Source: Chloroflexota bacterium
GTDB taxonomy: Bacteria > Chloroflexota > Limnocylindria > P2-11E
Assembly: GCA_005887995.1 (NCBI GenBank)
Contig: VBJD01000030.1
Span: forward strand, 2,025 to 66,024
Length of the DNA: 64,000 nt
Reading direction: 5' to 3'
Below are positions 1 through 9,159 of this stretch, piece by piece. Made by a program: the position numbers and the translations under genes. Below the pieces are notes generated by a model. It saw nothing but the letters and a program-made list of their open reading frames with translations. It did not search any database and was not told the origin of the DNA. Positions within the stretch are counted from its first letter, which is position 1, and each line of letters starts with the position of its first letter.

Positions 1-788
1 GCGAGCGCGGTGCCGAGCCCGACGTAGAGCAGCCCGGTCGACGACTGCGTGTTCATGCGCGCCGTCCACCATCCAGCGAGCGCGACCGCGAACGTCATGG
101 CGATCCCGACGCCGATGCGCAGCCCCGCCGCGACCATCAGGCCGACCTGGTCCGCGGCGCCGACGAGCTCGCCCCGCGCGATCGTCGCCGCGACGACCGC
201 TCCCTGCAGCGCCACGGCTGCGACGACGATGAGCGCGGCGTTCTGCAGCGGCGCCGGGCTGAGCTTCGGCGTCACGAGGTACCAGTGCCCGAGGAGCATT
301 GCCGCGTCGCTCCCGCCGAGCGCGAGCGCGCCGAGCGGCAGAACGGCGTAGGCGAGGACGTCGAATGCGGGCAGGGGTTGCAGCGAGATCGTTGCGATCT
401 CGAGCGTGCCGACGCCGACGAGCACCGTGAGCGCGCCGGCGACCGCGCGCAGGTCGCGCGACGGGAAGAACGTCGCCATGAGCTGGATGACCGCGAGCAC
501 AAGTAGGACGGCCAGCGCCTGACCGAACGAGCCAAGCGGCGCCGCGTCGAGCCCGACGTTCGACGCGAGCTCGCGGGGGATGATCGTCGGGATGAGCCCG
601 ACGGCCGCCGCCACGCAGACCGCATCGACGCCCGCCGTCAGCTTCAGGAAACCGCCGGGCGCGATCCCGCGGCGATCGAGGAACCACAGGACGAACGCGC
701 CGCCGGTCGCGATCTCGACGAGGACGACGGCGAGCACGAGCGGCAGCGTCACGATCGGATTTCCCTGCGCGGCGATCGGCGCGGTCAC
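1..788 (-). CDS. Polytopic membrane protein of unknown function; 3' end runs off the left edge
   Basis: Own translation from GTG at 788..786: VTAPIAAQGNPIVTLPLVLAVVLVEIATGGAFVLWFLD...GHWYLVTPKLSPAPLQ. Open to position 1 and very hydrophobic. Absent from the ORF track because there is no stop in the window. Confidence 0.5.
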   Translation of the reverse strand, partial: MTAPIAAQGNPIVTLPLVLAVVLVEIATGGAFVLWFLDRRGIAPGGFLKLTAGVDAVCVAAAVGLIPTIIPRELASNVGLDAAPLGSFGQALAVLLVLAVIQLMATFFPSRDLRAVAGALTVLVGVGTLEIATISLQPLPAFDVLAYAVLPLGALALGGSDAAMLLGHWYLVTPKLSPAPLQNAALIVVAAVALQGAVVAATIARGELVGAADQVGLMVAAGLRIGVGIAMTFAVALAGWWTARMNTQSSTGLLYVGLGTAL

Positions 789-813
789 GCGGTCACGTTA
801 GCGTCTAGATGCC

Positions 814-1536
814 GTGAGTCCAGACGACGCGCCACGCGTCGAGCACGATGCGCAGATCGAGGCGATGTTCGACCGCGTCGCGCCACGCTACGACTTCCTC
901 AACCGTGTGCTCTCGCTCGGCAACGACATCGGCTGGCGTCGCCGCGCCGTCGCGAGCGCTCGCCTGGGTGACGGCGAGCGCGCACTCGACATCGGCACCG
1001 GCACCGGCGATCTCGCGTTCGATCTGCTCGGCGCGTCAGACCCCACGTCCCGCGTGGCCGGCGTCGACCTCTCGACGGCGATGCTCGAACGGGCGCGACA
1101 CCGCGCGGCGCGTCGGGGGCTCGCGGCGCGGTACGAGACCGCGCGCGCCGACGGTCAACGGTTGCCGTACCCCAATGCGTCGTTCGACCGTGTCGTCGCG
1201 AGCTTCACCGTCCGAAACTTCGGAGATCTCGGCGCAGGGCTGCGCGAGATGCGACGGGTGCTCCGTCCCGGCGGGCGTGCGGTGATCCTCGAACTCTCGA
1301 CGCCTCGGAACCCGCTCGTACGCGCCACTTACCGCGCGTACTTCGGTGGGCTCGTCCCGCGTCTTGCGGTGCTCCTGGGCGGAGACCGCGACGCGTATCG
1401 CTACCTCCCGCGATCCGTCGCCGCGTTCCCGTCGCCCGAGCGCCTCGCGGCACTGCTGCGCGAGGCCGGTTTCGCCCGAGTCCGCTTCGAGCGGCTCACG
1501 CTCGGAGCGGCGACCTTACACGTCGCTGAGACGTGA
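814..1536 (+). CDS. ubiE: Demethylmenaquinone/ubiquinone C-methyltransferase (UbiE/MenG family)
   Basis: GTG start. FDRVAPRYDFLNRVLSLGNDIGWRR signature and SAM motif LDIGTGTGD. Confidence 0.9.
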   Translation: MSPDDAPRVEHDAQIEAMFDRVAPRYDFLNRVLSLGNDIGWRRRAVASARLGDGERALDIGTGTGDLAFDLLGASDPTSRVAGVDLSTAMLERARHRAARRGLAARYETARADGQRLPYPNASFDRVVASFTVRNFGDLGAGLREMRRVLRPGGRAVILELSTPRNPLVRATYRAYFGGLVPRLAVLLGGDRDAYRYLPRSVAAFPSPERLAALLREAGFARVRFERLTLGAATLHVAET

Positions 1537-1580
1537 CGGCGGCATATCCTCTGCCTAGGGACCGGGCAAGGAGTAGTGCG

Positions 1581-3326
1581 ATGGCCAAGCGGCTGAAGGT
1601 CGTAGCGAAAGACACGGCGCCGATGCCGGGCCGTCCTTGGACGCGCCACTACGACCCCGGCGTCCCGGCGACGCTCACCTATCCCGACGTGACGCTGCAC
1701 GCCTTCCTCGACGACGCGGTCGAGTCGTATCCGAACTCGACGGCGACGATCTTCTTCAACGCGAAACGGACGTACCGGTCCATCTCGGACGACGCGTGGC
1801 GCTTCGCGAATGGTCTGAAGCGGCTCGGGGTGAAGAAGGGCGACCGCGTCGGCGTGATGCTGCCGAACACGCCACAGTTCGTGATCGCCTTCTACGGCGC
1901 GCTCCGTGCGGGCGCGATCGTCGTCCCTTGCAATCCGCTGTACACGATCCCCGAGCTGCGGCACCAGCTGCAGGACTCGGGCGCCGAGACGCTCGTCGTC
2001 CTCTCGCGCCTGTACCCCGTCGCGAAAGCGGCACGCGAGGGCACGAACGTCAAGCACGTGATCGTCACGAACATCAAAGAGGAGATGCCGCCCCTCCTCC
2101 GCACGCTCTTCACGGTCGCGAAGGAGAAGAAGGACGGCCATCGGCAGCACTTCGAGAACGATCCTGGCGCGGTCGCCTTCCGAGAGCTGCTGAAAGCGCC
2201 GGCCACGCCGTTCGACGCCGGAGTGAAGAAGGACGACATCGCGGTCCTGCAGTACACCGGCGGGACGACCGGCGTGTCGAAGGGAGCGATGCTGTCGCAC
2301 CGCGCGCTCGTTGCCAACACGCTGCAGTCTCGCGCGTGGCACGTGAACACGACAGACGGCGAGGGGATAGCCATGGGGATCATGCCGTTGTTCCACGTCT
2401 ACGGGCTCACTGTCGTGATGGGCCAGGCGATCCAGTCCGCGAGCGCGATGCTGCTCGAGCCGCAGTTCGAGCTCGAGCGAGTCCTGAAGGACATGCAGAA
2501 ATACAAGCCGCGTACGTTCCCCGGCGCACCGCGGATCTACAACGCGATCATCAACTCGCCGCTCGCGACGAAGTACGACCTCAAGGGCGTCGAGGCGTGT
2601 CTCAGCGGCTCGGCGCCGCTCATGGTCGAGACGCACAAGAAGTTCACGGAGCTCACCGGCGCGAAGCTCGTCGAGGGCTACGGACTCACCGAGGCCGCGC
2701 CGGTCACCCATGTCAACCCGCTCTACGGCCAGGGGAAACAGAAGATCGGGACGATCGGCATCCCGTATCCCGACACGGAGTCGAAGCTCGTCGACATCGA
2801 GACCGGCGACCGTGAAGTGCCCCAGGGCGAACCCGGCGAACTCATCCTCCGCGGGCCGCAGCTCATGGACGGCTACTGGAACCGACCTGATGAGACCGCG
2901 ATTGCGCTTCGGAACGGCTGGCTCTACACCGGCGACATCGCGACCGTCGACGCAGACGGCTATTACTCGATCGTCGACCGCAAGAAGGAGATGATCATCG
3001 TCTCCGGCTTCAACGTGTATCCGCGCGAGGTCGAGGAAGCGCTTGCGACGCATCCGGCGGTCATGGACAGCGCGGCGATCGGCAAACCGCACCCGATCAA
3101 GGGCGAAGAGGTGAAGGCCTTCGTCGTGCTGAAGCCGGGGCAGACCGCGACGGCGGAGGAGCTCATCGCGCACACCCGCACGCAGCTCGCGCCGTTCAAG
3201 GTGCCGCACGAGATCGAGTTCCGTCAGGCACTGCCGAAGACATTGATCGGCAAGACGCTGAGACGTCAGCTGGCGGATGAGGACAAGAAGAAGCGAGAGT
3301 CAGAGAAGGTCGCGACGCCCGCGTGA
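1581..3326 (+). CDS. fadD: Long-chain fatty-acid--CoA ligase
   Basis: AMP-binding motifs LQYTGGTTGVSKGAMLSH and GYGLTEA, plus GWLYTGD. ATG at 1581 follows AAGGAG; the track ORF begins earlier at 1533. Confidence 0.9.
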   Translation: MAKRLKVVAKDTAPMPGRPWTRHYDPGVPATLTYPDVTLHAFLDDAVESYPNSTATIFFNAKRTYRSISDDAWRFANGLKRLGVKKGDRVGVMLPNTPQFVIAFYGALRAGAIVVPCNPLYTIPELRHQLQDSGAETLVVLSRLYPVAKAAREGTNVKHVIVTNIKEEMPPLLRTLFTVAKEKKDGHRQHFENDPGAVAFRELLKAPATPFDAGVKKDDIAVLQYTGGTTGVSKGAMLSHRALVANTLQSRAWHVNTTDGEGIAMGIMPLFHVYGLTVVMGQAIQSASAMLLEPQFELERVLKDMQKYKPRTFPGAPRIYNAIINSPLATKYDLKGVEACLSGSAPLMVETHKKFTELTGAKLVEGYGLTEAAPVTHVNPLYGQGKQKIGTIGIPYPDTESKLVDIETGDREVPQGEPGELILRGPQLMDGYWNRPDETAIALRNGWLYTGDIATVDADGYYSIVDRKKEMIIVSGFNVYPREVEEALATHPAVMDSAAIGKPHPIKGEEVKAFVVLKPGQTATAEELIAHTRTQLAPFKVPHEIEFRQALPKTLIGKTLRRQLADEDKKKRESEKVATPA

Positions 3327-3333
3327 CCGCCGT

Positions 3334-3606
3334 CTAGGAGAGACGCGCTCCCGCGTTCACGGCGTCCTGCTGCTCGAACAGCGCGGCGCAGATCTCCTCG
3401 AGCGACCGGTACGAGACCCGCAGGAGCACGGTCACGTTCGCGTCCGCCGCGGGGGCGATCACTTGTGCTGACCAGACCATCGGTCGGATGTCGTCGATGC
3501 GCATGTCGTCCATGCGCGGAACTTTGTTCTTCTTGAGCGCTCGTGCCATCGCGCTGCGAGGGGAAGTCGACTCGCGCGGAATGGTGAAACTCGATGCACG
3601 CTTCAT
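3334..3606 (-). CDS. Small hypothetical protein (71-90 aa depending on start)
   Basis: Only an ORF with GC-rich third positions; no recognisable motif. Confidence 0.3.
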   Translation of the reverse strand: MKRASSFTIPRESTSPRSAMARALKKNKVPRMDDMRIDDIRPMVWSAQVIAPAADANVTVLLRVSYRSLEEICAALFEQQDAVNAGARLS

Positions 3607-3615
3607 GGGGGAGTC

Positions 3616-4296
3616 TTGTCACCCGCTCAGGCGACACGCAGCCGCCGCGTATACATTCCGGACGTGCCCGTCGCTTCGCGCCCAGGGGCCCCTCCCCCTG
3701 AGCCGGACGTCGTGGTGATCGCCGCCGGCGACGCCCTCCTCGAAGATCCGCCGCGCACGCATCACGTGAATGTCTTCGCCATTGCCAAGCGTCCCGTCAC
3801 CAATAGCGAGTTCGCCGAGTTCGTGAAAGTGACATCGCATCGCGCGGAGCGCTGGACCGAGGGACCCGCGGATCACCCGGCCGAGGGGATCTCGTGGCCG
3901 GACGCCGTCGTCTATTGCCGCTGGCTCTCGACCGCGACCGCGCGCATCTACCGCCTGCCTGACGAGCGTGAGTGGGAGAAGGCCGCGCGCGGAGGGAAGG
4001 GACAACGCTGGCCGTGGGGCGACTCGGAGGACCCGACGCGGGCGAACACGCGCGAATCGGGCCTCCGTGGGACGTCGCCCGTCGGTGCGTATCCGGCCGG
4101 CGCGTCCGCGGATGGTGTGCTCGACCTCATCGGCAACGTGCGCGAGTGGACGAACACCTGGGCCGACGGTCGCGTCATGCGTGGCGGGTCGTACCTCGAC
4201 CCGATGGCGGAGTGCATCCCCTCGCGGCGCATGCGGCTGAGCGCGGATCTTCGCGGGCACGGCTTTCGCGTCGTGCGCAGCATGACTGGAAGATGA
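3616..4296 (+). CDS. Formylglycine-generating-enzyme (SUMF1/EgtB-like, FGE-sulfatase) domain protein
   Basis: KRPVTNSEFAEFV, ISWPDAVVYCRWLS, RLPDEREWEKAARGG, GNVREWT, RGGSY, GFRVVR. TTG start is uncertain. The last 4 codons plus stop lie in a repeated junction sequence. Confidence 0.8.
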   Translation: MSPAQATRSRRVYIPDVPVASRPGAPPPEPDVVVIAAGDALLEDPPRTHHVNVFAIAKRPVTNSEFAEFVKVTSHRAERWTEGPADHPAEGISWPDAVVYCRWLSTATARIYRLPDEREWEKAARGGKGQRWPWGDSEDPTRANTRESGLRGTSPVGAYPAGASADGVLDLIGNVREWTNTWADGRVMRGGSYLDPMAECIPSRRMRLSADLRGHGFRVVRSMTGR

Positions 4297-4345
4297 GCGA
4301 GGAGTGGCTCTGCCACCCAAGACGAGTCCGCGCGCGCGAGTGACG
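4282..4345 (+). repeat. Partial junction element copy D (FGE-like|asparaginase-like)
   Basis: ATGACTGGAAGATGAGCGAGGAGTGGCTC (4282..4310) matches 57058..57086 at 28/29 positions. The downstream GACGAGTCCGCGCG resembles AGCGAGTCCGCTCG of copy A. The GC-palindrome core is absent. Confidence 0.55.
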
Positions 4346-5242
4346 CCGATCATCGTCGCGAGCGGGAACGGGGCGAAGGCGCTGCCGGATGGCATCCGCA
4401 TCCTCAGGCGCGGCGGCAGCGCCCTCGATGCGGTCGAGGCGTGCGCGCGCTACGTCGAGGCGGACGTGAGTGATGTGAGCGTCGGTCGCGGCGGCCTCCC
4501 GAACATCCTCGGGGTCGTCGAGCTCGACGCCTCGATCGTCGACGGGACGACGCATCGCGCTGGTGCGGTCGCGGCGCTCGTCGGCTTCCACCACCCGATC
4601 TCGGTCGCGCGCCGAGTCATGGACACGCCGCACATGCTGCTCGTCGGCGACGGCGCCGCGCGCTTCGCGGCGGAGATCGGCGCCGAGAAGATACAGAACC
4701 TCACGCCGTCGACACGCAAGCTGTGGATCGAGGCGCTCGCGGCGGTTGGCGCGACGCCGGCGAGCGTCCGGCGCGCGAAGAAGCTGCTGCCCATCGTGAA
4801 GCGCGTGATCGCGAAGCGGCTCGGCACGGTGAACTTCATCGCGCTCGATCGGAAGGGGAACATCGCGTCGGCGGTGACGACGAGCGGCTGGGGCTACAAG
4901 TACCCGGGCCGCGTCGGCGACTCGCCGATCGTCGGGGCGGGCAACTACTGCGACACGATCGCCGGCGGAGCGTGCTGCACCGGCTATGGCGAGCTCGCGA
5001 TGCGCAACCTCACCGCGAAGACCGCCGTCGACCGGCTCGCCGAGGGGATGCGCCCGGCGAGCGTCGCGCGCGAGGCGATCATGGATGCGAACGCGCTCGA
5101 TCCGGCGCCGTTCAACATCGTCGTACTCGCCGCCGATGGGACGCACGCGTCGGCTACGAATCGCGCCGGCCGTCAGTACGCGTTCATGGATACGTCGATG
5201 ACGGAAACCGCGACCAAGGCGCGGCTCGTCGCGCGCGAGTGA
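4304..5242 (+). CDS. Ntn-hydrolase of the asparaginase-2 family (isoaspartyl peptidase / glycosylasparaginase-like)
   Basis: GGSALDAVEA, LDASIVDG, GTVNFIALD (Thr nucleophile context), GRVGDSPIVGAGNY. Start is either GTG 4304 or GTG near 4340. Confidence 0.85.
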   Translation: MALPPKTSPRARVTPIIVASGNGAKALPDGIRILRRGGSALDAVEACARYVEADVSDVSVGRGGLPNILGVVELDASIVDGTTHRAGAVAALVGFHHPISVARRVMDTPHMLLVGDGAARFAAEIGAEKIQNLTPSTRKLWIEALAAVGATPASVRRAKKLLPIVKRVIAKRLGTVNFIALDRKGNIASAVTTSGWGYKYPGRVGDSPIVGAGNYCDTIAGGACCTGYGELAMRNLTAKTAVDRLAEGMRPASVAREAIMDANALDPAPFNIVVLAADGTHASATNRAGRQYAFMDTSMTETATKARLVARE

Positions 5243-5258
5243 CGCGCGTCAACGTCAC

Positions 5259-5909
5259 GTGACGCCCCAGCGCCGCTTCGCCGCCGGCGAGGTGGTGGCG
5301 TGGCGAAACTGCCCGCGCGACGCGAGCGGCAGGCATGGACCGTCTTTCGCGATCGGCATGCGCGTCGTGCGTGACGAGCCAGGTGAGCTCGTCCTCTACC
5401 GCGGGCAGGGCTACCCGATGCGCCGCCGTAACTCGGAGCGCGGCACGGTCCCCGGGTTCCGGCATCAACCGGTGCGAAGGCTCCTCGATGGCTGGGCCGT
5501 TGTCCCGGAATGGAGTCGCTCGCACGTGCTGTTGGTCATGGATCCGAACGGCAAGCACGCCACGTCGCTCTTCAGCAATGCGACGACCGGCGCGCCGGAG
5601 TTCTGGTACGTCGACCTCATCGGACCGGTGGCGCGGCGCGGCGCGTGTCTGGACTTCCTCGAGCACGGCCTGGACGTCGTCATCGAGCTGGATCTGCGTC
5701 GCTGGAAGTTCAAGGACGCGGACGAGCTGGAATGGAACGTCACCAACGGCGTGTACAACCGTGCGGAAGCCGATGCGCTCTACGCGGAGGGCGAGGCTGC
5801 TGTCGCCGAGCTCATCCGCAGCCGCGCACGCTTCGAACAGTGGCTCGCATGGACGCCAGATCCGTCGTGGGAGCCGCCGCAAATGCCGGCCGGCTGGGAC
5901 GCCGTCTAA
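5259..5909 (+). CDS. DUF402-family protein (FomD-like nucleoside-diphosphatase fold)
   Basis: FWYVDLIGP and LDFLEHGLDVVIELDL pattern typical of DUF402. Confidence 0.65.
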   Translation: MTPQRRFAAGEVVAWRNCPRDASGRHGPSFAIGMRVVRDEPGELVLYRGQGYPMRRRNSERGTVPGFRHQPVRRLLDGWAVVPEWSRSHVLLVMDPNGKHATSLFSNATTGAPEFWYVDLIGPVARRGACLDFLEHGLDVVIELDLRRWKFKDADELEWNVTNGVYNRAEADALYAEGEAAVAELIRSRARFEQWLAWTPDPSWEPPQMPAGWDAV

Positions 5910-8444
5910 CTAGAGCGCCGCGACCGCCGCCTGCAGTTTCGCGGTCGCTTCGGCCGGTGATGTGCCGGCCGCAAAGTACAGAGGATCGCCAAAGACGACC
6001 TCGACGTGGCCGCGCCAGCCGTTGACGCGGAACGGCTCCCACTTGCGGTCGATGTGGTCGAGGATCGAGACGTTGCCGATCTTCAGTTTCATCGGCACGA
6101 CGGGAGTCCGACCTTCGACCGCGATCAATCCCGTGCCGGACTTGAACGGCTGCATCGGCCCGCCGATGGTGAGCTTGCCCTCGGGGTAGATGAGCACCGA
6201 GAACTTGCGATCGAGCCGAGCGCCGAGGAGCTCGAGGCTGCGACGGATCGCGCCCTCGCGCGCGAGTGGGAACGCGTTCGCGAGGATCGCCGAGAAGATG
6301 CCGTTGAGCTTGTTGCCGAACACGTCATCGGCGGCGGCCGCGACGGCGAGCTTCCATCGCCACGCCACCGGGATCGACGTGAGGATGATCCCGTTGTCCC
6401 AGTGCAGGCAGTGGTTCGGCGCGAACATCACCGGTCCGCGAAGACCCTCCAGCTTCTCGGTACCGGTGATCTTCACGCGATAGAAAAGGTGCACGAGCGG
6501 CCACAGCAGGAACTGCTGAAGGATGATGCCGATCGATCGCACGAACGGTGAGAGCGGCCAGCCGAAGATGCCGGTGTCGGGCTTGTTGTCGCGCGCCGCG
6601 GCGACCATCGTCTCGAGCTCCTTCACGGTGGCGCTCGGCGCGAGCGCGGCGTCGTCGATGTACACGCCGAGCTCCTCCTCGATGACCCCGAGGAGATCGA
6701 CGCGGCCGAGCGAATCGAGACCGACGTCCGCCGAGAGCTGCGCCTCGGGGAAGATCCTCTCGGGGCCGACGTTCGCGACGCGCGCGACGATCGCCTCGAC
6801 CTCGGTGAGCTCGCGTTGGGCCGCCGCCGCTGGCCGCGTGACCGGCTCGTCCTTGCCCATGGTGAGGATGCGGTCGATGACCTCGCGCTTCTTCACCTTC
6901 TGCGTCGGCGTCGTCGGGAACTGCTCGTCGGGCCAGATCGTCCAGCCGCGGATCTGCTGCGCGCCGGAGAGCTTCTCGTTGCTCGCGCGCACGATCGACG
7001 CGACCTCCTCCGGATCCTTCGGCTCGACGAAGACCGCATGGACGTGCATGTTCTCGCCGGGCCGTTCGAGTCCGACCACGACAGCGACGGTCGGCCGCTG
7101 CGCGGTCGCGATCTCCTGGATCTTCGGATGCGCGGCGATGACGTTCTCCACGTCCTCGGGGTAGACCTTCTGCCCGTCGGGCAGCGCGATCATGTCCTTC
7201 TTCCGGCCATGCAGCCAGAGGAACCCATCGTCGTCGAACTTCCCGAGGTCGCCGGTGTGGAACCACTCGCCGTCGAGCGCGGCGCGCGTGGCCTCGTCGT
7301 TCTCCCAGTAGCCGATGAAGACGTTCGGCCCCTTCGCGAGCACCTCGCCGTCGTCGGCGATCTTGATCTGGACGCCCGGCACGGGCACGCCGACCGAGCC
7401 GAAGCGGTTGCGGTCGAGGCGGTTGAATGTGAGCGCCGGCGCGGTCTCGCTGAGGCCGTAGCCCTGGAGCACATCGACGCCGAGCTCGCGCCACGCCTCG
7501 CCGATCGCGGGGTCGAGCGCGGCGCCACCCGAGACGATGTAGCGGAAGCGCCCGCCGAACTGGCTGTGGACGCTCGTGAAGAGGATGCGTCGAAGTCCGA
7601 GCGGTAGACGTCGCGCGACGCGGCGGAGCTTCGCGAAGAGCTCGCCCTTGCCGTCCTGCTCCGCCTTGCGCTCGATCGCGATGAACAGCGAACGCACCGC
7701 GGCCGGCGTGATGAGGATCATCGAGACCTTGCGCTCCTTGAACGTCCGCCGCACGACCGCGGGCTGACGGCTGGTCGGATAGACGACGGATGCGCCGGCG
7801 ACGAGCACGCAGAGGAAGCCGGGGCCCTGCTCGAAGATATGCGAGAGCGGAATAAAGGAGAGCAGCCGCTGCGACGGGCCGATCGGGAAGATCTGCGTCG
7901 CGGCGATCGCGCTCGCGAGAAGGTTGCGGTGCGTGAGCATCGTGCCCTTCGGCTCGCCCGTCGTGCCCGAGGTGAACATCACCTCGGCGAGATCGCCAGG
8001 GTCGACGTCGGGCTTCGGCAGCGGCTGCTTGTCGCGTGCTTTGTCCGGCAGGAGCTCCATCTCGTGGATCGGCAGCCCCAGCGCTGCGGCGCGCTCCTTC
8101 GTCTGCGCGGTGACGAGCACCGCCGACGCACGCGTGCGCTGCGCGATCTTCTTCACGAAATCGACGGTCGAATTCACGTCGAGCGGCACGATCACCGCGC
8201 CGGCGCGGAGCGCCGCGAGGACCGCGATCCCGTACTCGGGCCGGTTCACGCCGAACGTGATGACGCGGTCTTCCTTCTTGATGCCCGACTCGGCGAGATG
8301 GCGCGCGATGCGCGGCACGATGTCGGCGAGGTCGCGATAAGTCCAGGCGCGTGTGCGGAAGCCCGGCTTGATGATGAGCGCGTCCTTGTCGCCGAACTTC
8401 GCGGCGGACTCCTCGATGATGTCGTTCAGCGTGTCGAGGCTCAT
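5910..8444 (-). CDS. Tri-domain fusion: acyl-AMP/CoA ligase + carrier protein (PP-binding) + PlsC/LPLAT-type acyltransferase
   Basis: N-terminal MFTSGTTGEPKGTMLTH, GYGLSETAP and WFHTGDLG. Middle LGLDSLGRVDLLGVIEEELG (DSL phosphopantetheine site). C-terminal NHCLHWDNG (HX4D) and IYPEGKLT. Confidence 0.9.
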   Translation of the reverse strand: MSLDTLNDIIEESAAKFGDKDALIIKPGFRTRAWTYRDLADIVPRIARHLAESGIKKEDRVITFGVNRPEYGIAVLAALRAGAVIVPLDVNSTVDFVKKIAQRTRASAVLVTAQTKERAAALGLPIHEMELLPDKARDKQPLPKPDVDPGDLAEVMFTSGTTGEPKGTMLTHRNLLASAIAATQIFPIGPSQRLLSFIPLSHIFEQGPGFLCVLVAGASVVYPTSRQPAVVRRTFKERKVSMILITPAAVRSLFIAIERKAEQDGKGELFAKLRRVARRLPLGLRRILFTSVHSQFGGRFRYIVSGGAALDPAIGEAWRELGVDVLQGYGLSETAPALTFNRLDRNRFGSVGVPVPGVQIKIADDGEVLAKGPNVFIGYWENDEATRAALDGEWFHTGDLGKFDDDGFLWLHGRKKDMIALPDGQKVYPEDVENVIAAHPKIQEIATAQRPTVAVVVGLERPGENMHVHAVFVEPKDPEEVASIVRASNEKLSGAQQIRGWTIWPDEQFPTTPTQKVKKREVIDRILTMGKDEPVTRPAAAAQRELTEVEAIVARVANVGPERIFPEAQLSADVGLDSLGRVDLLGVIEEELGVYIDDAALAPSATVKELETMVAAARDNKPDTGIFGWPLSPFVRSIGIILQQFLLWPLVHLFYRVKITGTEKLEGLRGPVMFAPNHCLHWDNGIILTSIPVAWRWKLAVAAAADDVFGNKLNGIFSAILANAFPLAREGAIRRSLELLGARLDRKFSVLIYPEGKLTIGGPMQPFKSGTGLIAVEGRTPVVPMKLKIGNVSILDHIDRKWEPFRVNGWRGHVEVVFGDPLYFAAGTSPAEATAKLQAAVAAL

Positions 8445-9100
8445 GCGCAGAGCCTCCGGAGCGCGTCGCGCGCGCCCTCACGCAGGGCGGGGTAGTGCGA
8501 GAAGAGGATCGTGTCGATGTCGAGATCCGCGAGACGGGCGATCGAGCGGCGCGCCGCACTCATGTCGTCGGTGAAGACGTAGTTCGGCAACGTCACGACG
8601 CCGCGCATGCGCTGAAGGATGTCCCCGACGATCACGAGCCGGCGTGTCGGCGAATACAAACAGATGCTGCCCGGCGTGTGCCCTGGCGTGTGGATGACGC
8701 GGAGCCCGCCGAGCACCGGCAGCTCGTCGCCGTCCGCCAGCGGGTCGGCCGATTCGGGTGCCTGGGTGAGGTAGGCGATGATCGCGCCGGGCATCGGCCG
8801 ACCGCTGAACACCTCGCGGAAGCGGATGCGCAGTCGCTCCATGTCCGCTGGGTGCATGAGGACGCGCGCACCGGATGCGCGGGCGATCTCGTGCACGCCG
8901 CCGATGTGATCGGGGTGGCCGTGCGTGCAGACGATGCGCGTGATGTCGCGCACGTCGCGGCCGATGCTCTCGAGGTAGCGGCGCAGGATGCGTATCGAGC
9001 CGCGATGGCCCGCGTCGACCAGCGTGAGCTCGTCCTCCGCGACGAGGAACGCGTTGGCGCCGATGAGCCGCACGGCGTGCAGCCCTTCCCCGACCTCCAC
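8441..9100 (-). CDS. MBL-fold metallo-hydrolase
   Basis: THGHPDHIGG motif and HTPGHTPGS. Start taken at GTG 9100 (VEVGEGLH). The upstream part of track ORF 8441..9505 overlaps the next gene and is Arg-rich. Its stop overlaps the ligase-fusion start (ATGA). Confidence 0.85.
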   Translation of the reverse strand: MEVGEGLHAVRLIGANAFLVAEDELTLVDAGHRGSIRILRRYLESIGRDVRDITRIVCTHGHPDHIGGVHEIARASGARVLMHPADMERLRIRFREVFSGRPMPGAIIAYLTQAPESADPLADGDELPVLGGLRVIHTPGHTPGSICLYSPTRRLVIVGDILQRMRGVVTLPNYVFTDDMSAARRSIARLADLDIDTILFSHYPALREGARDALRRLCA

Positions 9101-9159
9101 CGGTCCAATCCTACGAGCGGTGTCATGCTGCCAGGCGTGGCGGCGGAGGTGGAACGTCC

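Noticed and set aside
796-802. Single CGTTAGC heptamers upstream of ubiE (796..802, plus strand) and upstream of the O-antigen-ligase-like gene (59539..59545, minus strand) as extra SARP sites
   Set aside because: These are isolated heptamers without an 11-bp-phased partner. A 7-mer is expected to occur by chance several times in 128 kb of two-strand sequence.
1401-3209. 602-aa minus-strand ORF antisense to fadD
   Set aside because: Arg/Asp/His-rich low-complexity translation typical of the antisense frame of a high-GC gene. The plus strand carries clear AMP-ligase motifs.
6325-8559. 744-aa alternative-frame ORF on the minus strand overlapping the ligase-ACP-acyltransferase gene
   Set aside because: Extremely Arg/Ala/Gly/Pro-rich with no motifs. 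The 5910..8444 frame has three recognisable domains.
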